Shown here: piece after piece, positions 19,991-32,382 of the stretch
How positions within the stretch are numbered: position 1 is the stretch's first letter
Layout of the letters: the number at the start of each line of letters is the position of its first letter
DNA from: the human T2T-CHM13v2.0 reference genome, Homo sapiens
Direction: 5' to 3' (one strand)
NCBI RefSeq assembly: GCF_009914755.1
Contig: NC_060930.1
Length of the DNA stretch: 64,000 nt
Notes under the pieces: generated by a model
What the model was told of the DNA's origin: nothing
The model's database searches: none
What the model saw: only the letters and a program-made list of their open reading frames with translations
Program-made: the position numbers and the translations under genes

Positions 19991-20277
19991 ACTTAAAATT
20001 TAAGTTTATGGATAGAAAATTTGATATGAACTATCTGGTGTTTGCCAATCTTTGTTAAACACTATTCTATTATTAGGAGACTGATGGAAAAATATGTGTT
20101 ACCAATCATGTTATTTACCTTTGAAACTTTATATTTTCATTTAAGTATTTTTAGGTGTACCTTTTTTTAACCACTTTTCTAGACTGAAACTGCTATTTCC
20201 ATTACAAAGATTGTAGCTATTAAGATGTTGATTTTTGAGAAAATTTAGCTCTGAAAGGCCTACCACTCAGATAATCA

Positions 20278-20484
<207 letters not shown>

Positions 20485-21793
20485 TTAGAACAAGGGAATC
20501 TGATAGCATGGAATTAAAACTATAGCAAAAGTTCTTACAAAGTAACATGAAGAGGAAGTATATAAAATAAGTCAGGTAGAATGAAAATCTAAATATTGTT
20601 TCAGTTTTGTTTATTAACATATTATATTAGAGCCATGCTTAGAAAGTTAATGAAGAGTGTATTAGGATGTAAACGTTTAAAATAATGGGCTTCATGTGTT
20701 CTTAAACCATGTGGTCAGATACTTCTATTCTGCTCACCCTTCGTTTTTTTGTGCACTCCATTTGCCAGAGATCTATAGATTCTTCTGTCTCCCAGCTCCA
20801 GTTTTTCACCCTCAAGGGGATTATCAGCCTGTTTTTAACTTTTGATTTAGGCGAATTCCGTATTATTCTTATACAGTCAGAAAGGCAAGAACTCCCTGCA
20901 TCCTTTCTAGACATTTAAACTGAATTACTGAATTTAGTCTTAGATCTTTCATTTTTATTTTCTATTTTTCTTCCATTTCTTTTTATATTCATATATTTGA
21001 CAGCTACTTATGTGACTATTACTATGTATCAGACAAAAATTTACCATCTTTATGTACTTCTTTTTTCTGTCTTATTTTTTTCTTTCCATTTTTCTTCTCT
21101 CTTTACTTTCTGAGTTTATCTGCTGCTATTATTTCCTTGTTACTCATTTTACCTCTATTTCCTATAAATTTTCAATATTTAAGCACAAATGAAGTATATG
21201 GAAAACCAGGGGAACAGGCTACATATACTTCTTTAATAACTTTACTGTTTTCCTCGGGTAAAGTATATAATTAATTTTATTCATAACTTTCCAAACTTAC
21301 CCCAGAAACTTAATAGTACTTAATAGAACTTAATAGAAACAAATAGCTGTGCCTACTGGAAGAGAAGCAGTAGAAAAATATAAAGATTGTGAAAATGTTA
21401 TTACTAATTTTGAAATGTAGGAAGAGAAACACAGCTTTCTTCAGATTTAGAACATTATCTGAGTTCTAACTAAATGAGATTCTGAAAGAGACTCTAGCAA
21501 GAAAACAATCCAGACAGAATGAAGGTAGCATTCCAAAATTGTCTTTTTAGGATTTTAATTGGACAAGGAATTACTTGAATACTGATTAAGAAGTATTCTT
21601 CTATAAGAAATCCTACAACACAGAAGAAGTCTTCCTTTGACCATAATAGATAAGGCAAAATTTGATTCAGAAATATATATGTAAAGATAAAATTGTTTCT
21701 CAGTATTGAATCAAAATATATTCATATAATAATCTTCTAATCAACTGGCAGAGATATGTGTTCCATTTCTTTGGGGATACAATACAAAATGTA

Positions 21794-21796
<3 letters not shown>

Positions 21797-21841
<45 letters not shown>

Positions 21842-21848
21842 ATATATT
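21797..21848. repeat. (TA)n microsatellite
   Basis: About 25 TA units with one interruption. Confidence 0.95.
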
Positions 21849-22145
21849 ATTTTTTTTTTTTGAGACGGAGTCTCACTGTCTCCCAGGCTGGAGTGCAGTG
21901 GTGCGATCTCGGCTCATGGCAAGCTCCGCCCCCTCCGGGTTCACGCCATTCTCCTGCCTCAGCCTCCCGAGTAGCTGGGACTACAGGTGGCTGCCACCAC
22001 ACCCGGCTAATTTTTTTTTTTATTTTGAGTAGAGACGGGGTTTCACCTTGTTCGCCAGGATGGTCTCGATCTCCTGACCTCATGATCCGCCCGCCTCGGC
22101 CTCCCAAAGTGCTGGGATTGCAGGCGTGAGCCACCCCGCCCGGCC
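21849..22145 (-). mobile_element. AluY
   Basis: Full dimer with AluY diagnostics (GCAAGCTCCGCC, TTCACGCCATTC, GGATGGTCTCGATC); TSD GTAATCATAT at 21791-21800 and 22146-22155. Confidence 0.95.
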
Positions 22146-22972
22146 GTAATCATATTTTTAAGGCTCTATTCCTAAAGACTCACTGTCCCAGGTGAGAAAT
22201 GGGAGAAGAAAGGAATTGGATAGCACCAGTTTGAATGAAGAGTGGCATTATAGAGATACAAAATGACAAGGTTTAAAAAAGGAGACGTCCCAGAAGTTTC
22301 TAGAATCACTTCTATGTAATTTTACCATGTGAGTAGTCCTACTAATATTGCAGCTACTGCTTTTGTATTATATGTGGTCTTTTATAAGTTTTTTTTTAAT
22401 TTACAAAGGAAATATACATTTAATTGTCATTAAAGTACTATGGAGTTTATATGCAAGTATTTTAATTCTCTTGATCTGGTTGAACAAACCAGGTCACAAG
22501 GGTATGAAGTGACATATTTAAAGTCCATGCATTTTTAGTAAGTAAAATAAATGTATTTATTGGTTAATTAGTTACATCAATTTGAGAATTAGCAATAAAA
22601 CCCTAAAACTGCCCATGGGGCATATTTTAACTCTGCTTTGACCTCTTGGGCTCTGAATTAGTAAATGATGTATATGGGTTTGGTTGTGATGAAATATCAG
22701 TGAAACTGATTGAGGTCATAGGTGAAAAATAATGATATCAAAATGCTAATGTAATCTAGGAATAACATATCAGAGCACCAAAGGAAAAAGCTTCATGATT
22801 GCTGGTTTCAACTAAATTCAAATTGATTAACATGTAGTAAATATCTATTATATTTAACATATACTCTTATGTCTAAAAGTCACGTGCTGACTCTTTTCAA
22901 AGAGTATGTAATCGATATAGTCAGGAAAACATATCGAGTACAAAAAAGACAGAAAAAAATCTCTATCTCTCC

Positions 22973-23090
22973 CATATATAGATATATATCTATATATGAG
23001 TATATATGTATATCATGAAAAAATTATCAAATCATATATACATGATATATATATATCATGTATATATGTCATATTTATAAATGAGTATAT
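22973..23090. repeat. Degenerate TA-rich simple repeat
   Basis: Interrupted ATATAT runs. Confidence 0.7.
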
Positions 23091-24099
23091 CATCAAGAAA
23101 TTACAAATAAAATGCTCTGGACGACCAGTAAGAAAGGAGAGCAGGAAATACTTAAGGACATTTTTATATTTGAGATGATCCTTACAGGATACATAACAAC
23201 AATGGCATTTCACATCAGCATAAATACAAGGGGTCAAGGGGGAAGGTCACAAGTTTGGTTGGATCAGTGAATATGTCTGCATGGTTCAAGCGATTGTTAT
23301 ATGAGGCCTGAGTCCAAGGTTGCATTTTAATATAATGTGTCAGAATATGGAGAGCCACTGAATAATTTTGAATTGAAATGTACATGGCCACATTTTAACG
23401 ATGGAAAGACTGTTCTCCAAACCAGCTAGGTTGTTTTGAAGATGAGAGAACAATTGTAAATAAGAATACCAGTTTGAAAGCTAGAGATCATGGGACACTG
23501 AACTATTTTCTGTATGTCTGCCTTAATGTTTTTAGATAGATACAGATTTAATAGATAGATTTGAGAGACAATGGTGAAGAAGAAATTACTCCAGCTGACA
23601 TCTTACGTGACATGTATGCAATTATAATTCAAAGAGAATGATGACCTCTGCATACCAAAAGAATTGTTATTCTATAAGCAAATGAAGAAATTAGAAGTGT
23701 TAATGGATGGATACTAAAATCAGTTTTGAATTTAGTGATTCTTATGTTTAGCTGTGAAGCAAGTTTTTATCCCTATCATTTCTCACTGTCACTCATTTCA
23801 TTCACACGGATACCGTAACTCAGATGACACGATTTGAAATATAGAGCTGGCCAACTAAGTACATGAACCCTACTAAGTCAGGATCACAAGAAGAATATGA
23901 CATAGGGCAACTGAGAGGATCAGAAAAGTAAATAGAGGATCCTGAGCTGATTTCAGAGCAGTCACATTTTGTTTACTATCCTCTAATAAATATTTGTTTA
24001 TTGTTACAAATATCATTATAAACTGCATAAATGCATAAAAATAAAACAACTGTAATACATCTGGGGATTCATAATTAGGTAAGTATATAATAATTGTTA

Positions 24100-24310
24100 A
24101 TAGTCATTGAATTATTAGTATATGACAAGAACTGAGCTATGTTTGCAATGTACACTCTATTCCTTAATTTGTACACTAGTTCTATGAGATGGGTATAATT
24201 ATGCTTATTTGAAAGATGAGAAAATTGAAGCACACAAAGATTAAATGACATCTCCAAAGTCACACAGCTAATGAATGGAATGACTGGGATTTGGAGGAAA
24301 TCCCAGTCTT
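24100..24310 (-). mobile_element. MIR fragment
   Basis: AGATGAGAAAATTGAAGCAC...AAAGTCACACAGCTA is the antisense MIR core. Confidence 0.75.
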
Positions 24311-25471
24311 TTATAAATGTCTTTTATAAAACAACTAGAGAAAAACACAAGACAAATTTACTAAAAGATAAGAGTCAAACAAAAAAAGAAATTTGGGATT
24401 GTAGGGAATGGAAAAATTTGCAATTGGAGTTATTCTTTAGAAATTATATGATAAAGGAATTGTGTAATTTGGATGGGCAAAGAGCAGGATAGAGGCAATT
24501 TTGGTGGAAAAAATAGTATCAGTAATTAGAAAATATGAGAATAAAGAAGGGAGAGAGAGGGAAAATGATTAAGTTTATATGTGCTGAGAATGATGCTGAG
24601 AGATTACAAATTCATATACATCCTCAAATTTCAAGGATTCACATATTTAAAACTCTTTCTGGTGATTTCTTCCAGAGATTAAAATTTCATCAAATGTATC
24701 CAGATATTTTTAAAGTTGCATTTTCACAGCAAACAAATTTCTAAGGACTGATTGTCTTTTTGTGTGTGTAATTTTGTTTGTTTTTTTGGCTTTTTTCTCC
24801 CTATTTTTAAATGTTCTGAGTAGGACTAGCATTAAAGCTTGGAAGGGGTAAAACGAGTCATGGCACTCCATCCTTTTATCATGCAGACTTTATAAAGTGC
24901 TCCAGTTCTTATGGTGTTTTCTGACCAGGATCTGTACCAAGCAGATGAACGTGCCAAGATGTCTTCGTTCTCCCTGGCTGCACATCCTCCTGTAGTCTTC
25001 ATGCCGGCCTTCGTTTGACCTGTTTTTGGGAAGTTCTGCCTTTTCCTTCTATTTTAATCTACACTCTGTTGCCACCATTACATATCCATGCATGTAGAGT
25101 TGATGGTAGTATACTAAAACTTTTTAGAAGAGAAGATATGAAAACCCAAATGGAGTGAATAGCTAACCAGAAGACATATATTAAATAAGCAAAATTCCCA
25201 ACTATGTTGCTGGTGTGGTATTTATTCTGTTCTCAGTAATCTTTCAATATTACATTGATGATGTTGTCTCCACATTTCATCATAATCAGGATGTAGATGC
25301 AAATGATATTTTACTGTAATGAAGATACAGATGCCGATTAGAGCAAAAATGAAAATTTCATCTTGGCATCTCTGATCTCTAATTCTCAGTGGCTTCCTCC
25401 TACTGTTGATGTCTATCCCTAACTGTGGGTATTTAGAGGTCTCAGCTGGAATTTCACCTCCCAGTGCTAAC

Positions 25472-26414
25472 ATGTGGATCAACAATCAAAGCTCGCTAGA
25501 TGATTTTATCCTATTGGGATTTTCTGACCGTCCCTGGCTAGAGACACCCCTCTGTAATCTTTCTGGTGGCCTACATCTTTTCCCTATTTGGAAATATCTC
25601 CATTATCCTAGTTTCCCATCTGGATCCCCAGCTTGACAGTCCCATGTACTTTTTTGTCTCTAATCTATCCTTTCTGGACCTCTGCTATACCACCAGCACT
25701 GTCCCACAGATGCTGGTCAACCTCCGGGGACCAGAAAAGACCATTAGCTATGGGGGTTGTGTTGCCCAACTCTATATATTTTTGGCCCTGGGTTCTACTG
25801 AATGCATACTTCTAGCCATCATGGCCTTTGACCGTTACGCTGCCATTTGCAAGCCCCTTCACTACCCAGTCATCATGAACCATAGACGCTGTATCCACAT
25901 GGCTGCTGGCACTTGGATCAGTGGCTTTGCTAACTCCCTTGTCCAGTCCACTCTCACAGTGGTGGCCCCAAGATGTGGACAGAGGGTGTTGGACCATTTC
26001 TTCTGTGAAGTTCCAGCCCTTTTGAAACTAGCCTGTATTGATATTCGTGTGAATGAAATGGAGCTCAATGTACTAGGCGCTTTGCTTCTCCTGATGCCAC
26101 TCACCCTCATCCTGGGCACTTATGTGTTCATTGCTCAGGCAGTAATGAGAATCTGCTCTGCTGAAAGTCGCTGGAAGGCTTTCAATACCTGTGCCTCACA
26201 TTTGCTGGTGGTCTCCCTCTTCTACTTCACAGCCATCAGTATGTATGTCCAGCCTCCCTCTAGCTATTCTCATGACCGGGGGAAGATCATGGCTCTCTTT
26301 TATGGCATTGTCACACCCACCCTCAACCCATTCATCTACACATTGAGAAACAAGGATGTGAAAGCTGCCCTGAGAAGGTCACTGACTAAAGAGTTTTGGA
26401 TTAAGACAAGATGA
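25472..26414 (+). pseudogene. OR2B4P: Olfactory receptor family 2 pseudogene with a single frameshift, probably OR2B4P
   Basis: ATG 25472 (MWINNQSSLDDFILLGFSDRPWLETPL), frameshift at ~25553, then an open frame with PMYFF, MAFDRYAAICKPLHY, HFFCE, KAFNTCASHL and PTLNPFIYTLRNK. Span 943 nt, not a multiple of 3. Acceptor-like CTCCCAG 7 nt before the ATG. Symbol from recalled gene order. Confidence 0.88.
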
Positions 26415-28933
26415 TATCTGAAAAGAAGTCCTAAGAAGCGAGGATAGATGTGTTTGACTTTCAAAAAGATGTTGGACATGGAATTGATGAGGAAACAGTA
26501 TCAAGTGACACAAAGTTTACAAGTGGAACAAGACTAAGAAAAAAACAATTAACTCTTGGTAAAATCTACATAGCATTTTTTCACTTACGAGACTATCTGC
26601 TTTACAATATTGGATTCCATCAAGTCAGTCTTTTTTCTCCCTATTCCTAATGACTAGCTAATCTAGTTAAAGTAAGGGAAAATGGTATAATAGCTAGAGA
26701 AAAAGATACTGAGAAAGTTTAGGAAATATATTTAGCATAAATTGTTTATAAATGAATCCCAATTAAATTAGAAATGATCCCAACTCTTAGAAAAACATGC
26801 CAGTACTATCGTGAGGTAATTTTGATCAACATGTATTGCCACCATTTAGCCATCTTCTAACATTCGATGTCCAATTATATCACCCTCAAATGCTTTTGTA
26901 AGGTCTCACAGGCAAGTAAAATCAAGAGACAATTAGTTCAAAAACATTAAGATGGAATTATGGAAAGAGAAATTAATGAACAAATTTAGAGGTGATGATT
27001 TTAAATATATTTTTTTTGCCATGAATTCTTTTAAATACAAATTTTTTTTGCCATAAATGTTTTGCCTTAGTCAATCTTATGCTCTTGTGGTACACAACAA
27101 TGAGGCCTAGGTCAATGCAAATAGAACTTACTCTGGGGGGAAAGATGAACAGTGAGATGCTTTGGATAGTGATCAGCAGGGGAAAAACCTGAGGTGGAAA
27201 AAATTCTAATTTAGGGACACAAACTCAGTGGGAATTTACATGTTTTGACAAGGCAGCTTTCTTCACCACTTGACTGGGTAATTTAGTCCTATTTCAGTGT
27301 GGGGGTTTGAGAATACCATGTGGAATTCAAAACTTTGGTTGATCTATTATCTTTATTTAGAAAAAAAAGACTTTTATAGCCTTTTGCTATAAACTGCCTC
27401 ACAAACCTATGAGCCGAAGAAACCAAGACAAAATAGAGTGAGTTCACCAAAAAATCCACATCATTAAAAGAACAGTGCAAAGCTCTATTTCCTGTACTGT
27501 GAGCATGTCCACTTTCTGTGGCTCCCGGTGGTGAGACAGATGAGAAGCTGGAACACAGATAAAAGGTTTTTGGGAACACTTTTGAAGGCCTGTGGCTATA
27601 TAAGAGAAAGTGAGTTCATTTCCTTAATTCTAGTATAATCTGGAAAAGGATCCTAGACATTATGCATTTTTTTGATCACAGTATTTTTCCCAACCCATGG
27701 TTCATTTATACATGGAGTCTGCTATTGGCATGAAATAAAATACATCCTAATATGTATTATGAAAAAAACGCTTATTGTATTTATTTATTCTATTAAAGCA
27801 GTATATTTCTCAGAGGTTGAATGTTGGGGGTTTTTGTGGTCATTTAATAAAAATGTTAACATATTCTTGAGTTTGTTTGTTTAACTTAGAAGTATAAATA
27901 GAACTCAAAATAATTGAACATTGAAACTACTGTGTTGCATTGGAATAAACATGGATATATTATGTTGAGAAAATCACATGTATTTTTAAATTAAAATATG
28001 GGTGCTTGGAGAAATGTTTTGCTGATGTGGGTGGCTGCTCAAGATATGTCCCCCAAGCCCTAGAAATATATTTTGATTCACTTTCATTATTACAGATATG
28101 CCAGAGAAAAATTTTATCTTTAAACAGTTTTAAATTTTTGACTTTATAAAGGTATAATATTTCTGCATGTATGCTGCCTGAGATTTTGGAAGGCTATATA
28201 TTTAAATATATCATTAAATAAATTATAGTACCTGTACTATCAAGCAAGCAAATCAAAATAAGGCAATGTTGAACAAGTTTAATAAGGAAATATTTTAAGT
28301 ATTCCTGAAAGTATTACCAAAACATTAGTAAAGTTATTAAATATTAAAAGTTACTAAATATTACATCAATTATGCAAATAATTGGCAAGCCATTAAATAG
28401 AAATAGGCCCTGTGCTATAGGAGCAGTAGGAAAACATATTCAATAAGGTAAAAATATTTATATCAGAACAAAGTCTACTATCATATTTATTCTAGGAGAA
28501 GTGGATAATTCCCAACACTTTTAGAAATAATAGAAATTTTCTGACTCTCATCACAGTTATATATTGTTGGTTTGGATTAACTACCCAACATGATTTAAAA
28601 ATAATATTAGTAAATTATTAAATAAAAATATTTATTTGTTATATCTTATAAAACAACATAAACAGCAACATTTAAATGAGCTGTTGCTATGATGAGGTTT
28701 ATCTTATGATGAAAATGCATTCCTTTATTTGGTAAATATTTATTGATGGCAACTATGTACAAGTCACTGAAATAAAATTAGACATTTACCTTTACATCAA
28801 GGAATACAACTTTTGAAAAAAACTGAGAAATAAAAAAGGCAGAACTGAGCATCCAGACTAAGGCAGAATTTGTCATAAAAAGTGTCAGAAAAGATAATGC
28901 TAAACATAGAAAAATCTTTCACGACTTGCAGAA

Positions 28934-29292
28934 TGATGTGATTTGGCTCTGTGTCCCCATCCAAATCTCATCTCGATTGTAATCCCCATATGTTGAGGGA
29001 GGGAGGTGACTGGATCGTGGGGGTGGTTTCTCCTATTCTGGTCTCGTGACAGTGAGTTACTTTTCATGAGATCTGATGGTTTTACAAGCCTCTGGCATTT
29101 CCCCTGCTTGCACTTCTCTCTCCTGCCACCATGTGAAGAAGGTCAGTGCTTCCTCTTCACCTTCCACCATGATTGTAAGTTTCTTGAGGCCTCCCCAGCC
29201 ATGTGGAACTGTGAGTCAATTAAACCTCTTTTCTTTACAAATTACCCAGTCTTGGGTATTTCCTTATAGCAGTATGAAAATGGACTAATACA
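28934..29292 (+). mobile_element. THE1C/D-type solo MaLR LTR
   Basis: TGATGTGATTTGGCTCTGTGTCCCC ... GGACTAATACA; TSD CAGAA / CAGAG. Confidence 0.92.
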
Positions 29293-29299
29293 CAGAGAG

Positions 29300-29930
29300 A
29301 GGGCCCTGCTTGAGTTTAGCTGAGTGCTGATTTGCATGTGTGTGAGGAAGCTATCCAAGAATGAGGAAAGAACCACTTAATGGATTAAGGTAAATAGTGC
29401 CCAATGCTTATGCAAAGGCTGGGAATTTTGTGGGTTCTCAAGCTATTTATGTGCCAGAATGAAAACCTAAGAATTCCTGAGGCATTGAGTTTAGCAATCA
29501 AAAGTGTCTTGCTTCAAGAATTTCAATAATTAGCTCTAAACTAAACACTGTTCTGGTTTTACCTAACAAATCTTCAAAACAAGTGACTAAAGTATCAAAC
29601 TGTATCCAAGTAACTTAGTAACACTCCAGAATAAACTCAAGGGTATTTATAGGATTACAGATATACCCAGTAAAAGAAAATTTTCCAATGAAAATTTACT
29701 AAGCATGAAAAAAAGCAGGAAAATATGATGTAAGGAGAAAAATCAATAAATCAAACCTGACTCAGAACTGACACATATGTTAGAATGATTCAAGTTATGG
29801 CATTAAAACAATTATACTGTTTACCATATGTTCAAAAATTTAGAGACGAGGAAGATACTTTAAAAAATCAAACTTCTAGAGATGAAAACCACAACGTTTA
29901 AATATACATAATACCTAAAAGCACTGAATG
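29300..29930 (+). mobile_element. Ancient L1M 5'/ORF1-region remnant
   Basis: ACTCAGAACTGACACATATGTTAGAAT...AAACTTCTAGAGATGAAAACCACAA are typical L1M ORF1-region motifs. Confidence 0.55.
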
Positions 29931-29988
29931 TAATTCATAGTACACTAAACATTGAGAAGTCCCATGATCTGCAGTTGGCATGCTGGAG

Positions 29989-30985
29989 TTCCTGGGCCTT
30001 GGGAGGAGGCTCTGTGCAGGCCTCCCAGGGCCAGTCCCCTGGGGTCTGCTCTATACAGGTCACCCGAGGCGTTAGGGTGACCTCGGAGCCTGCCACTCCC
30101 GACAGCCAGACCCAGGGCCTGCGTTCTGCTCTATCCAGGGCCTCCCTGAAAGCCCCTGCCCGACTAGGCACAGCTGCAGCCGCCAAAGTCGGTGCAGTAT
30201 ACCCGGGGCTCCTGTGTGCTGGGAGCAGGCAGGAGCTCTGCCCTCCCTGGGCGCGGCTGCAGCCACCCACGTCAGGGTTGTAGACTTGGGCCTCCATGTG
30301 CTCTTGAGGGCTGGGAGCAGGCAGGAGCCCCACACCCCCAGGCACAGCTGCAGCTGTCCAAATGGAGACAGTAGATGTGGGCCTCCGTGTGCTCTTGAGA
30401 GCCAGGGAAGGCCCCCTTTGCCATTGCAGGCTCAGAGGTGCCTGCTCCTACTGCCTGGTCTCTTCCCACTCTCTGCAACTGATCCAATCTAGGAGTAGGT
30501 GGAGCTGAGCCCAGGCACTGTCACAACCCTGCCAGGTATATGCATGATCGAGCCCTGCCACCTCAGCCCCCTCTGGATGTTGGGCCAGACAAGAGTGGAT
30601 GCGGGCAAAGCGTTGGCCTGCAGGTGCCCCTTGGCACCATGAAAGGCGTCAGGAGGCAGACGGGCTCCTAGGTGGAAGGGAGTGGGTCCCTGTAAGGCCC
30701 CATCCTCAGGCCAGGAAGAGCCTGAAGGCTGGGGGTCAGGCTGCCACACCGGTGGACTGGAGTGGGGTCTTGTGGTGCCTTTTTCTGCCCACCCATGGCC
30801 ACGGATGGACCACTCCATATGCACTTCCTCCCCTCTGAGGTCCATAAAAGCCCCAGGATCAGCAATAGCATGGTAGAGGACAACTGAGAGATGACGAGAT
30901 GACCAGCTGCAGAGAGTAGCTATCCTCTCTGCTGAGAGCTGGGAAGTCAATGGGGACCTGCCTGCAGAGAGGAGCCACCTCTCCA
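29989..30985 (+). mobile_element. MER52-family ERV1 LTR fragment (GC-rich)
   Basis: Repeated GCTGGGAGCAGGCAGGAGC / GGCACAGCTGCAGC units, CACTTCCTCCCCTCTGAGGTCCATAAAAGCCCC and GACCAGCTGCAGAGAG match remembered MER52. Left boundary uncertain. Confidence 0.75.
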
Positions 30986-31015
30986 AACACACCCAGAATG
31001 ATGTTCGACCAAATA

Positions 31016-32131
31016 TAGGCCTGTCTCATTTTATTGTGCTTCACTTTATTGCACCTGAAGGTTTGTGGCAACCTTGCAAGAGCAAATCTATCAGTATCAT
31101 TTTTCCAACGGCATGTGCTCCCTTCATATCTCTATGTGACGTTTTGGTAATTCTCACAATATTTCAAACTTTTTCGTTATTATTGTATCGTTATTGTCAG
31201 GCCTCTGAGCCCAAGCTAAGCCATCGCATCCCCTGTGACCTGCATGTATATGCCCAGATGGCCTGAAGTAACTGAAGAATCACAAAATAAGTGAAAATGG
31301 CCTGTTCCTGCCTTAACTGATGACATTCCACCACAAAAGAAGTGAAAATGGCCGGTCCTTGCCTTAACTGATGACATTACCTTGTGAAATTCCTTTTCCT
31401 GGCTCATCCTGGCTCAAAAAACCTCCCCCACTGAGCACCTTGTGACCCCCACTCCTGCCCGCTAGAGAACAACCCCCCTTTGACTAATTTTCCTTTACCT
31501 ACCCAAATCTTATAATATGGCCCCACCCCTATTATCTCCCTTAGCTGACTCTCTTTTCGGACTCAGCCCGCCTGCACCCAGGTGATTAAAAAGCTTTATT
31601 GCTCACACAAAGCCTGTTTGGTGATCTCTTCACACGGACGCAGGTGAAAGTTATGGTGACGTGTGATCAGTGATCTTTGATGTTACTATTATAATTGTTT
31701 TAGGGAACCACAAACTGCCCATGTAAGTCAGTGAACTTAATTGATAAATGATGTATGTTTTGATTGCTCCACCCACTGGCTGTTCCACCATCTCTCCCTC
31801 TCTTCAGGCCTCTCTATTTTCTAAGACACAACAATATTGAAATGAGACCAATTAATAATCCTACAATGGCCTTTAAGTATTCAAGTGAAAGGAAGAGTCA
31901 CATGTCTCTTATTTAAATCAAAAGCTAGAAATGATTAAGCTTAGTGAAGAAGGCCTATCAAAAGCCAAGACAGGCCAGAAGCTAGGGCTTTTGCACCAGT
32001 TAGCCAAGTTGTGAATGTAAAGAAAAGTTATTGAAAAAAATTAAAATGCGCTACTCCAGTAAACACATAAATAAGATAGCAAAACAGTCTTATTGCTGAT
32101 ATGGAGAAAATTTTTTGTGGTCTGGATAGAA
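31016..32131 (+). mobile_element. Tigger1 5' fragment, interrupted by LTR7
   Basis: Tigger1 terminus (C>T)AGGC-TCATTTTATTGTGCTTCACTTTATTG and transposase start ATGGCCTTTAAGTATTCAAGTGAAAGGAAGAGTC. Confidence 0.92.
31195..31649 (+). mobile_element. HERV-H solo LTR (LTR7)
   Basis: TGTCAGGCCTCTGAGCCCAAGCTAAGCC ... CACACGGACGCAGGTGAAA, 455 bp; perfect TSD GTTAT (31190-31194 / 31650-31654); internal 51-bp-period repeat. Confidence 0.96.
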
Positions 32132-32245
32132 AATTTTAAAAAGCTAGGGAAAAAAAGAAAAATAAATCCATGTCAGTAGAAGCCAGAAAATAATAAAGAA
32201 AATATTTAATAATTGAAAGTAATAAAATAGAAAATAATAGATAAA

Positions 32246-32382
32246 TTAATTTTTGTATTTTTTGTAGAGACAGGGTCTCACCATGTTGCCCAGGCTGGTC
32301 TTGAACTCATGTGCTCTAGTGATCTGCCTGCCTTGGCCTCCCAAAGTGTTGGGATTGCAGGCATGAGCCACCTCGCCCTGCC
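32246..32382 (-). mobile_element. Alu left monomer (FLAM/AluJ-like)
   Basis: TTTTGTAGAGACAGGGTCTCACCATGTTGCCCAGGCTGG...GAGCCACC. Confidence 0.85.

Noticed and set aside
21758-22134. Alu-derived ORFs here and at 37019, 48735, 53231 and 63408
   Set aside because: Typical Alu translation artefacts.
24840-25100. Slightly GC/CpG-richer unique patch upstream of OR2B4P as a retrocopy fragment or exon
   Set aside because: No recognisable ORF, poly(A) or TSD; cannot be supported without a BLAST search.
25406-25471. Upstream in-frame start for the OR2B4P N-terminal ORF
   Set aside because: Non-ATG start as called, and it lies upstream of the acceptor-like CCCAG at 25464; MWINNQS is the OR-like start.
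30165-30420. ~87-bp-period degenerate repeats resembling an array
   Set aside because: Internal repeats of the LTR. The whole unit is similar, with no unique spacers or cas genes, and the DNA is eukaryotic, so not CRISPR.
29935-31071. Dense overlapping ORFs (up to 167 aa) in the GC-rich island
   Set aside because: Explained by the low stop-codon frequency of a GC-rich MER52 LTR; no recognisable domain.
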